Shown: piece after piece, positions 39,470 through 62,455 of the stretch
How the letters are laid out: every line of letters starts with the position of its first letter
How positions within the stretch are numbered: the stretch's first letter is position 1
NCBI GenBank assembly: GCA_964057225.1
Contig: OZ059896.1
Location: 18,290,001 to 18,354,000 of the forward strand
Length of the DNA stretch: 64,000 nt
Reading direction: 5' to 3'
From: Auanema rhodensis
Lineage: Eukaryota; Animalia; Nematoda
Program-made: the position numbers and the translations under genes
Notes under the pieces: generated by a model
What the model was told of the DNA's origin: nothing
Databases searched by the model: none
Seen by the model: only the letters and a program-made list of their open reading frames with translations

Positions 39470-40438
39470 TCATTTCATTAAAGTAACAGCAGCCAAAGTG
39501 AAAAATGTACTAGCTATGATGAAAGACAATTCTCTAAAATTACAACTTTGAATAAGTATGAAATGAATTTGGTGTTTACCTATAACTTGGGAATTGATCA
39601 ACTGAGAACTCTACAGATGGTATTTGAGCGCCTGGTTCACAACCATCTTTTTGTAAAGTGAGAATAATATTTTCCAACTGGAATGAGATACAAAGATTAA
39701 TCTAAATCAAGAATTTGATAAAATGTACTTGTTTGTCATCTCCATCAAAAATAAACCGAACATCGGGAGGACGAGAGAATTTGTCTGGTGCAGCATGGAA
39801 CTAAAGTAAAAAATCGCTCTGTACTCTATGTAAAAAATATTATACCATTTCTAATACAGCTTTTTTCATCTTTTGTTCTTCAGTATTAAATAAATACACA
39901 TTAGCTACATGAAATTGGGGTTGAAAGACTATAGTTTTCACCTATATGAAACATAAGTAGGTGGTATTTGATTCCTTAGCTTACCATTCCTTTAGAAAGA
40001 TAATCGTCAAAAAAATTTTCCCACGGAATCGGAGGAAGTTTTTCATTCAGCTTCCTATATTCATTTCGTCTTCTGAATTATAAAATATTACTATGTGTAC
40101 AAACGAATTTTACAACCTATAAAGCAAAATGCCGTGAGTAGATAACCAGATGAAAAGAAGACAACCTCCTAGAGCATAGGCACGGCGAACTTTGGCTGAA
40201 AAAATAAAAAAAAATAACGAAAAACAATTCTATGAATACCTTTATCTTGTTTAGATTGTCCAGATTGTTGCTTTTGTTCACCTTCTTGTGTAAATTCAGA
40301 CGTAGAGGAAAAGCCGCGTTGTGAAATTGAAGGAACAATGCGTACATAATCGGTAAAAAGTGAATGCCTTGAAGCCTGTACAGATGTTAGAGCAAGCTTC
40401 GAGCTTCTTATACTTCGAAGAAGTAATCTGGTAGCCAT
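39470..40438 (-). CDS. Mitochondrial two-TM protein with only the m-AAA protease N-terminal (FtsH_ext-like) module
   Basis: Presequence MATRLLLRSIRSSK; TM (AYALGGCLLFIWLSTHGILLY); PPIPWENFFDDYLSKGMVKTIVFQP (compare AFG3L2 ITWKDFVNNYLSKGVV); second TM (LSFIIASTFFTLAAVTLMK*) followed directly by the stop. Seven exons, canonical introns. Confidence 0.75.
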
Positions 40439-40651
40439 TTATATCAAATTTTTGTTCACTGCAAAAATTTTAAAATATAACGTGCGATTGAAAATACCTA
40501 ATTAATGAGCAGTGGAAATGACACTCCTAGATTACGTATATTAGATAGATAACGGAAACGAGCATGCTTTCCTGGAATCTAAACTTCATGTTTTGTAGTT
40601 AATTCTTGGAGAATAATTTTTCTTGTTTAAGAGTTTTTTGATTTTACGTAT

Positions 40652-43600
40652 ATGCCCACTTGGCCTATTGGTGGCATGGAATTTCGTTCACTCATATATA
40701 ATGCTGCTGCATCCAATAACTTAAAGAGACTACAAGTAGTTTAAGCTTTTAATTTTTTTTGTTCAATATTTTTTTCCGGTTTTCCTTAATAAGCCTCGTA
40801 GTCCCGAGTGGCTTGAGCGTTGTCTTAATTGTACACAAAATGGATCGATTCCTTTGGTTATAGCAGCTTGTAACGGTCATTTAGAAATTGTTAAATATTT
40901 GGTAATATTCTAATCAGGGTCAGTGTTATTCTTCTCTTATAGGTTAGTAAAGGAGCAGATCCAAATATTCGCGGTACTGCCTTTATCGAAGGAGAAGTTA
41001 TAGGTATTAATTTTTGCCAATTTTGCTCCTAAAGTTTTTTTGCATTCAGAAGCTGCTCCTCCTCTTTGGGTAGCTTCAGCAGCAGGTAAATATGACGTAA
41101 GTGTTTTTACCCTTTAAATTTTACGACGTATAAAATTTCGCAGGTTGTTGAATATCTTGTAAATGAAGCTGGTGCTGATATAAACTTAACCACTGGAACG
41201 AATAGTACTCCATTGAGAAGTGCATGTTACGATGGTCATCTTACAATTGGTATGATTAGATTGCTCTACTGAGATGATTTTTTTAATAGTGAAATTCTTG
41301 GTTGAAAATGGTGCAGAAATAGAAACCCCTAATCTACATGGTCATACTCCTCTCATGATCGCTGCTTTCAAAGGAAAAGTTTGAAATATCAGATTAGGCA
41401 AAACTAATAGATAAGCACATTTAGACTGAAGTTGTACGCTATTTGCTTGAAAAGGGGGCGGTTCTGTCAAAACGTAGTTGTAAAGGTATAATTGTTAAAT
41501 AAACAAAATATATTTTACATACATAGGTAATACTGCACTGCATGATGCTGCTGAAGGAGATCACCCTGATGTATGTGAAGTATTATTGAGCTATGGAGCT
41601 CAAATGGTGGAGGATGAATTTGGGTTATGCCCGTTAATCGGCAGTGCATTATTGGGCAATGAAGGCGTAAAATCATTTCTTGTTGTCGGAGCTTTATTTT
41701 TTTTTCTTAGGTTATTCCCATTTTACTAAAATATTGCAAATCTAATATTCTCAAAAGGGATGCACTTAAATTGTTAGGAAGCACGCGATGTGATAAAAAG
41801 ATGGACATTCAAGGTGCTGTTAGTTCATGGAGAGAGGCTGTATCAATTCCATTGACCTGTGAAGAAGAAATGGTAAATGCTCTTATATAAAGTGTTTTGA
41901 TAATTCATCCCAATCCATGAATTTAGGAGTTGTTAAAATCTAACAGAAGTTACGTGGTTCACAAAGTATATGAGTGTGATTCTGAGATAGAAAGTGTGGC
42001 AGACATAGATGAAATCGATGGACAACCTGACGCTATATATATGCAAGTAAGATACTTTTTTATACTTTTGTTGATTCGAATAATAGGTCATTATATCTTT
42101 CCAATTAAAGTCTGGAACTTCAAAGCTTGAAATTGACTAGTTCACGATTTTATTTTTTAAAATTATTCTTTATTGTAGTTACCCTCTGTGTTTCCTATAA
42201 CTGATACCATTTCGTTTGTTCAGTATATCTTAAGAAGTACCTAATTAGTCTTCACAATCCTTTATTTCACTTTTATTGTAGTTTCCTGATTGACGATTAT
42301 CTTTCTCCTTATGTCATCCTGCCGACAGTCATAGTCGTTTGGCTAACGTCTTGAAAAGGATATTTAGTACACGCGATCGGCTGTCCATGTATGAAAGACA
42401 GGATTTATTGTTCTCACTAATTGTATCATTAGTTGCATACTTTATCACCTTTTATCTTTCCGAACCTATCTTAGAAATTATGTTTTCTTTTAGAGTCTTG
42501 TCATCAGAGAAAGAGTCGTTGGTCCACGTCACACTGACGTTCATTATTATTTACGATATAGAGGTGCCATATACTGTGATACATCCCGCGTACAAAGGTG
42601 TTTCCAATTATGGTTTCATGCTCTTAATTTGCAACAACTGTAATTAACTTTTATGTGCTACTATAAAAATTCTTTTTACTTTAAGATATTTACCACCTTT
42701 GCACATACATACAGTTGCCACCTTCCAAGCTTTCCAAGAAACATATGTTTTAGCTCTGAATGAACAAGCTAATAGAATAGATCAGGGAGGATGGTCAGTC
42801 AAACCAGAAAACGTTGGACAAATATACCATAAAGTTTGTTTTGAATTGGAGAGGGTAATCATTTTTTATTTGATTTCTTTACCTAAAATACTATTAAGGC
42901 GTATAATCAAACTGGGCCTCCAACAAGGCAGCCATGTGATATGCGTGACGAACATGACTCAAAAAAAGAAAAAGATGATTTAGTTTTAGTTGCTTTACAT
43001 CTTTTGTTATTGGTATTAATTAGCTTATACTCTACGTATTATAATGCTTATTTTAAGCTGTATAGACTCTCCCTTCCTAGATATCAGCCGCTTGGAGGTG
43101 GAGGTTCCACTACTTTCATTGACGTTGGCAGGTGAAATAGATTTCTTTTATTCACTATAACTATTAGAATTTAGATTAGTTCTAATATGTTCAAGATTAC
43201 GCCTTCTCCCTTTACATCTGGCGCTTACCGAGACAGAAGGACCTGAATATGCTCAGTAAGGACATTTCCTCTTTTTTTTTTACTGGAAGTTTCTTCCAGA
43301 TTTCCTTCCAATTTTGTCGTTAAACTGCTCGTTCGAGCCCACACTGACCTGACAGCTCGTAATAGCGATGGTAATACCCCGTTACATCTTCTACTCTTGC
43401 ATTTGAAGCCTCGGTATATCAGTAGTAATTTTAATAATTGGTAATCTGAATGATTTAGTGAAAGCATTGTACGAATGCTATTATCAGCAGGCGCTCCCAT
43501 TCTTGCCAGAAATAATGACGATAACACATGTCTTGATTTGATTGAATTATCCAGGTTAAAATCTGTTCGCTCAGGTGAGAAAGTTTCAAAAAAACTAAAA

Positions 43601-43773
43601 ATTGAACTTGAGTTTTTTTCTTAGGTAAATATATCACACTGGCTGGCCTTGCAGCAAATTCAGTCATGCGCTATATCTGTGGTTTGAATAGAACTGAAGA
43701 GGAAGTTGAAAAGTTCTTGGGAGCCGAGAACTTAATACCAGCAGATATTCGTTCATTTGTAAAGATGCACTAG
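40652..43773 (+). CDS. fem-1: FEM-1 ankyrin-repeat CUL2 substrate receptor (sex determination)
   Basis: FRSLIYNAAASNNLKRLQ; PLVIAACNGH; PPLWVASAAG; STPLRSACYDGH; GHTPLMIAAFKG; GNTALHDAAE; SLVIRERVVG..YYLRYRGAIYCD; C-terminal box TLAGLAANSV...FVKMH*. Confidence 0.93.
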
Positions 43774-44989
43774 CTCAAGTTCCAACAGTGATAATTTCGA
43801 GGCTTAGCCATAATTATCCTTTTTGTTTTCAAAGCTATTTTAGGGGGTTTTTTTTTCACTTGGTGTTTCCTAGTCAACAGTATTTGTTACCTTATGTTAT
43901 ATATTTAATTAGAATTTGAAAAATCAACGCCGTCAGTGTAATATTTCTGAGTCTACTTATACTTTACTTTCATTATTGCTCTTGCTCATATTCTTTTTAA
44001 TCTGTGTGTGGAGTGATGCTTTTATTGGTCAGAAGTTTAATAATTGTGATATTTTTCTTCAGAATTCTAACCAAATGTATGTAAGTATTGTATATATCAT
44101 AGATTTATAAATAAATTTTAAAGTCTTTTTCTTTGACTCCTTGATATTATCCGGCTGTCAGTTGGGCTCTTGACTACGTGGGAGCGTTAGTTGATGAGGA
44201 GCCCTGTTTCTAATTGATGAGACTCGTCATTCTTCGTGAAATGTTCTCTAGGTGATTCTCCTATCTGTTTAACTTTTTGTAAAATAGAGGTTGTTGTTAT
44301 TCCTACTCCGTTTATATTAAGGTTCACTCATGAATTTAAATATAAATTTGATATATCCTACGTCATCAGGGAACTTCTCAGGGATTTTATTACTTCTTAA
44401 CTCTCGATTAGTTCACAATTTCTTACAAAAACAGTATAGACTTTATGGAATATATATATTGCATATATAAGAGAGAGAGTTGTATGTTATAGTCATATTG
44501 CCTTACTAGTAATGAATCAAATGGCTAAGTGAAGACGGAAAGGGAATAGAAGGAATGAGAGTGAAAAGAAATCGAGAAGAAAGCTATCCATCTTCTTTGA
44601 GTATTAGTGATTTTTCTCTTATTTCTTCGGAACAGCAAGGTGTGAACAATTGGCTCAAGAGAGGGACAATCTGTTCATTCATATTCATAAGTTTTGTTCA
44701 TTTTTTATTGATTTTTGTATTTGGCGCATCAACTCAATTTTCTTTTCAATCTTCTTTTAATATGGTTTGTATCGACCTTCTTTGTCCATCCATCCTTCCA
44801 TCTCAATGTTACCAGTGCCATCTCCTGTTGCTTTATTCCCTTAAAATTTAAAGGGAGATCACTCACTTCCCACCCTAATTCATTTATTATCACAGCCTTT
44901 CAGTCTTTTTTCTTTTTTTTTGTGAAATTGAAATGGATTCTTGATTGAATTTCTTTTGACTTTTTTTTCTCATATAAATGTTTGCAGAA

Positions 44990-56377
<11,388 letters not shown>

Positions 56378-56961
56378 GAAGATATGTCATAAGAAATAGT
56401 TGTGAGAGCTACTCAGTGGATTGCTGCGGATTCAGTCAATGAAATAATTAACGGGTGATATATTAGTATTTAAAAAAATAATTTTTTGGCTACTCCGTGA
56501 AATTGCTTTGATAATTATCAGTAACTCATTTATTGCTGATTATCAATAATTACCTAATTATTTGTGTATATTGTTTAATAAAAGTATATGTTTTCATTTC
56601 AATAATTGTATACTGTAAATAAGAAATTGCATGGAAAAATAAAATTTTAATATCATATCATATTGTATCTTTATAGTTCTCTTCATCAGGTGGAAGTTTG
56701 TTTTTTATTAAACTCATTCATAGAACTCAAAGTCCTTTACTTGAGGTAGCTGAGATATCCACCTCACAATTGAACCCAACACATGACTGGATTACGGTAG
56801 TTGTGGCTTTCACAACGTTTTGTAAACATGAACATTAATCAAAATAGCAGCAAAAAGTAATGCTTGGATCATATTTATTCATGTAATACTTATTGAGCTA
56901 ATTTATTTAAGGATTACAAGGTCGATGTATACGTTAAGACTATATGTATATGACAAGACGC

Positions 56962-57670
56962 TTACAAAGCTTCCCATTTAGCAAGGCAATCCTTAGGATC
57001 CTTAGTTAGGCAATCCTTTAAAATAATTAATTCACTGAAGTTCACCGCATTAATTTCAAACCATGACATCAGCTCGGGCTGCATCACTTAAAACATTTCC
57101 TTGAGAGTCCACCAACTTCAGAACAGGAATAGTTTTAACTTCATATTTCTCCAGGTACTCCCTTTAGACTCAGTGAAAATCAATTCAAAATTAGTTTTAC
57201 TTACTTAACGCGAGGGTCGCCAAAAGGTATGTAAGCCCAAGCAGGCATAGCTTTCTCATAGTACTCCAATTGGTGATCAGCTTCTTTATCTCTAGAGATC
57301 CAAACAACTTCCAATTTGTTCACATCATTACCAAGGGCATCATGAAATTTCTTTAATAAAAAACAAATGTTTCGGATTTAGCTGGTTACAAAGAAACCTT
57401 TAATTTTTTAGTGAAAATCTTGCAAGACCCGCACCACCCAGCAGAAAAATACAACAATAGTAACTGAAGTCAACTCAATTGAAAAACCAAATCTCACAAG
57501 CGCTTTATAACTTTAAAACAAACCTTTCCATCAAAGTCTGACACAGGCACATTACCCTCCACACCTCTTCTTTTTAAAGGACCATCAGCAAGAAAATGCT
57601 TATCTCTTATTGAAAAGGCAGACGTTTGCGTTATACCCGAACGTAAAATACGAGCGGTCCTCAGTAACAT
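56962..57670 (-). CDS. Nucleoredoxin/tryparedoxin-like thioredoxin with mitochondrial-type presequence
   Basis: MLLRTARILRSG...GKLLLLYFSAGWCGSCKIFT...LEVVWISRD...W-AYIPFGD...YEVKTIPVLKLV...KWEAL*. Confidence 0.85.
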
Positions 57671-58302
57671 CTTTAAAAAAAGGATAAACATGAAATTAAG
57701 AAATAATTCCGATATTTCTTGTATTTTCATTCTGTGTTTTATTTTGTGTTTTAATTTTGAAAAATGAAAAGATCCAATACGACAAGACCAAAATTCTATT
57801 CTTATTCATAAAAGTGTTGTTTTTTTCTGTTAACTCAACAGATATGACAAGAGACTTTACTAAATATTACTTTCAGAGAATTTCTTACAAATATATAAGC
57901 CTCTAGGTTCACATAATGGACATAATTGAAGCCCGTGAATGAACAGCCATCAATCACTTCGCGCCCTTATCTCAGAATTCCATCAGAGAAATGACTCAAC
58001 TATCTCAAATGAGCCATATATCTAACTTCAAAACCGATTTGTCTCTTACATGAGAATGATTATGAAATGAGTTTTAAAGGTTTCTGAGGCAGATTCAATG
58101 AATCACAGGGATAAAACAATATCAAATCACATAAGGCATGAAATATTGATAAAGCAAAAAAAAAAAACGACATTGAAATATTAAAAAATTTTTTATTATG
58201 TATCCGTATATCAATTTGTTTCAAACCTAGGGCCTATACAATCTATCCTAGAACTTTATTACAAACTCGTACGAACCACTTCAACTATCAAAATGCAACT
58301 TT

Positions 58303-59764
58303 TCAAAGGAGCTTAGCAAAATCGAAGTCTAATGCAGGATTGAATGGTTCGGCAATCATAACATCAGGATCTGATAAAGATGCCGAAAAATGAGCTAAAA
58401 AGGAAGCAGCAGCTTGTTCGCTGATGGCCCGGCCATCAAAGCACAACGTGACAGTAAATCTGAAGCTATTATGTAAAAATGTCAAACAAAATCACTAACT
58501 TATTTTCAGGTTTTAGTTCGTTATTTAGGACGGTTCTATTTCCACCAATAGTAAGAATAGCAGCTTGAGGTGGATTAATGATAGCTGTAAAGTTGCTAAC
58601 GCTACCAAACATTCCAAGATTAGATATGCTAAAACAAAAATATGTTAATATTATGATTGATATATACCGATTGCTTATGTGGCTTGTTTTATAGTATTTG
58701 ACTTTTTTTTAAATATGGAAACAAAAAATTTCAAAATATGCTTCGAAAATATATAAAAATTTAGATATTTGAAATATGACTAACGTGAAAGATCCTCCTT
58801 GAAACTCATGAAGCTGTAATTTATTTTCTTTAGCTCGTCCAGAAAGATCCTTCAAAAACAAAATAAAATATTAGCATATTTGGATATTCCAACTTTCACT
58901 CGATGTGAAATCTCTCTAACGCCTAATATATCAGCACTGGTGACAATAGGCGTGATTAAGCCTGTAGGTGTTGCAACAGCAACAGAAATATCAACAGTAG
59001 GGAGATATTGGACGCTATCATTAACCCAACGAACATTGACTTCAGGCACAGCCTTAATTGGAAAGTAAGACAGAAAATATAAAAAAGAAAAAACCTTCAA
59101 AGCCAAGCCCGCTGCCTTAATAATAAAGTCATTCAATGACAAGGCAACACCTTCAGCTTTTAATTTCTTTCGTAAACCAAGAACAGCATCAGAGCTCACT
59201 TCTATTGATTCATATTCATGAGGAATAGTTTGCTTAACAGAACACATTCATTGATAAAATTTAATGAATAAATACCTTGGACTGGGAAAGTCTTTTAGCA
59301 ATAGTAGCTCTAATATTCGTCAAAGGAATATCAATGAACTTTTCGAGGTTTCTTCGAGAACCAACATAAGCAACCTAATATAATAATTGAAAAACTTTAA
59401 AATATAAGAATAAACCTTTTTTTCTTGTTTGGGTGGAGCGACGTCTGCGACTTTTGAAACCTTGGGTGGAATTGGTTTAAGACCCTTATGTTTTATAAAT
59501 GTGAGAACATCACTAGAGAAAAAAAAGAATGAAACAAGAAGAACATTCAATACCTTTTTAATATGTTATTTTTGGGCCCACTTCCTTTCAATAAATCACG
59601 ATTGATATCATATTGTTGTAATAGTAATTTAACTGCAGGACCACACAAAACGGAGTGTCTAAAGTTATTCGGTATACCATACTAACACTACATGAATACC
59701 CTGTGTTGGATTGAGTTGCTACACTAGCAAATTGCCTTATAGCATTCGCATTACAGGACTGCAT
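58303..59764 (-). CDS. Pyruvate dehydrogenase E3-binding protein (PDHX-like), no lipoyl domain
   Basis: Subunit-binding domain [22 protein letters not shown]; core [57 protein letters not shown]; [12 protein letters not shown] in place of catalytic DHRxxDG. Start codon uncertain. Confidence 0.85.
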
Positions 59765-60224
59765 CGCCCAGAAGTTCAAACTACCTATGATTAAATCAAT
59801 AATGATTGGTTATTAAATGAATTAACATGAAAAAAAGAATATATTTGAATATAGCTAAGTAGATGATGATTAAATAATGAAAAAAATGTATTTTATATTA
59901 GACATAATTTTCTTGGTATCCATGTTACTTTATTCGAAGGACCAATAGTATCTAACTATATGTGAAGAACTATATAGGAAATTATTGAGGTAAAGCTAAC
60001 GTTGAACCAGTTGAGCTTATAAGACATTACATTTTCAGTTTAACGTCGATCTAAAAATTTTGCGTATTCCTTTTATTTTAATGTCAACGGCACCTGAGCT
60101 ACAAATGGTCCAATTTTCACTATTTTAAAGTTGTAATTTTGTGATGAAAGTGTTATATTATTGTTTTTCAAAATTAATTTGATTATCTAATATATTTTTA
60201 TTATATTTATTATAGGGTATCACT

Positions 60225-61571
60225 ATGACTGTTATGTATCAATTACCTGTTTACATGCCAGGCAATACTAAGGCTGATCCTATTCCTGTTATGTACGGAT
60301 TACCAAGTTTTCATGCAAATAATTGTTGTGATAAGGTTTAAAATTTATTTTTTATGGTTATATTCCTTACATTATGTTTTTAGGAATCCGTAGAATTAGA
60401 GATTGTGGATCCAGCTGCACAGTTGGAAAAAAGACAGCAAGAATTGATCAAACAGTTACAGGCTTTAAATATCAAACTTGATACATTTCTCAAAGCTCAA
60501 GGTTGCTGACCCAATTATTCATTTAAAATATTTGTTTTTTTTAGGTACGAGCAAGGACTCCGCGAGCAAAGAGAAAACTCCAACTCCAGCTGCTAAGCCT
60601 GCGAAAAACGATAAAGATGCTAAAAAAGAAGCTCGCAAAGCTGCCAAAGCTGAAGCAAAGAACAAGGTATATTAAATTATTCATACTTATAAAGAAATGT
60701 TTTTTAGGTTAATGGAACAGGCGGAGCTCCTGCACAGAAGGCTGGCCAAGGTAAAGCTGTAAATGCATGGGTTATACAGGTATGTACCTTAAAAGAAGAT
60801 AGAAAAAACAATGGTTTTATAAAATAGGAAGACAAATTATCAACTGAAACTGGACAATCCTTAACATCTTGCACAAAACAAACTTTGGCTAATTTCAAAC
60901 AAGAAGGTATCTTTTTTACTGTAATATTATATTCGTAATATCCAACTTTTAAGCTATTGGTGATTCTACTTTAACTGTGGAAGCTGCTGATCTTGCCTGG
61001 GTTCAGCTAATAGCGAAAATTGCCGAATCTCGTAATGTTGCTTTCACTGGAGCTGTGACAAATAAGGTTAAAAAATCCTCATCTTCATTCACAGTCAAGC
61101 AAGGAGGTGACTAAAGCTAATCTACTTGAATTACTAATTGTTATTTAGATAAATTCTCTTTGGTTGCTGGTGCGTTGAATATCTCTCGTCGTGTACCTGC
61201 CTGGAAATTGATAGGAAGTGCCTTAGGTATCTTCTCCTTCTCACCCGAACAAAGTATCAATTCTACTCACCAACATCTTTGGCTTCAAAAGGTATTTCTA
61301 ATACTTTTCAATGATAACTTTTTCATTAAAGGCTGATGGAATTATTAACAAGCTAGTGGATGTTGATTATACCATCAGAAACGTTAGTCAGTTTCTTTCT
61401 AGCTTTGATGGACTTGGTGTCCAATACAACTTAGGTATTGCCGATATTGTTTTGAGGTAAACATCCGCATTTAATATTATAAATTGTTTGTATATCTACA
61501 GAAGCTTATTCCCTGCTGGAAACTACTCAAGCAATGTTGAATTATGGGCTGCCCGAATTGAGTCTTTATAA
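60225..61571 (+). CDS. AIMP2: AIMP2/p38 multisynthetase-complex scaffold
   Basis: MTVMYQLPVY...PIPVMYGLPSFH...AQLEKRQQELIKQLQALNIKLD (compare AIMP2 MPMYQVKPY..CMYRLPNVH..LESRQDDILKRL); GST-like C-terminus LGIADIVL...NVELW. Confidence 0.82.
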
Positions 61572-61754
61572 TTGTGTTATCCAAAATTGTTTCTTAACTT
61601 GTTTACTTGTTTTCATAAAATATGACGCTGGTTATAGAGTTTTTTATTAAAGCATTTGAGAAAAAATAGTTTTTTGTTATATTCTGGTTTAAAACCGGAT
61701 CTGTATTTTACGTTTTGATTCATTCTTTTTGTAGTTGCGCAAGGTTTAGGAAAC

Positions 61755-62455
61755 ATGCCGTTCATGCACGGTCCTATGCCGCTTAGGCGGACGTTCTACT
61801 ATTTAAAGCAAGGAAAAATTAGGTTCAGAGATAACGTTCAAGTGATTACACATTATAAATTTTCTTTTTAAAAGAAAGCTTTAGGTTTTTTCCATTGGTT
61901 TTAATAGAATACCCGAAGAGGAACAGAGGGGTGCTAGAGATTTTGTATTTTGGCATTGGGCTCAATTGCAGGTATTTTGATACTAAAAAACTTTTCTCAT
62001 TTCCAATTTTAGTACTATAACCCTAAAGTTCAACTTGTAAAGCATGTTGATACTGTCATTACACCTTTTGCTAGAGCATATTTGAGTAAGTGATTTGTCG
62101 CTGTTTTTTTGATTTCAATTTAATTTAAATTGGTTTTTTCAGAGGATGGTCGAGAAGTTCTTTTTGATTTAGAAGGATTATCTAGAACAGAAATTGAAGA
62201 ACAGTTAGCTCATACGTTGGGAAAAACCGAATTAGTTCGTAAACGTGAAGAGCTAGAACAGATCGCTAAGTTGAATCCTGCTGATTTTGGCTCGAAGTGT
62301 AAACGACAGGTTTGAATGATTTATTTCTATAGAAAATAATCGTATTCGTTTTGTAGTGCGTATGTGAGGTACAAGGACAACATCCCTGCACAGGTCTCCT
62401 CCACGCTCCTAAGTTTATGACCGGCAAATGGCGTTGGAATCATAACCTTATTTAA
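61755..62455 (+). CDS. mrps-25: Mitochondrial ribosomal protein S25
   Basis: MPFMHGPMPLRRTFYYLKQG...GARDFVFWHWAQLQYYNPKVQ...NPADFG..CKRQCVCEVQGQHPC; five exons. Confidence 0.93.

Noticed and set aside
44190-44245. TGATGAG...GAAA resembling a hammerhead ribozyme core or snoRNA C boxes
   Set aside because: The core is TTGATGA rather than CTGATGA, the required stems are missing, and there is no matching CTGA D box.
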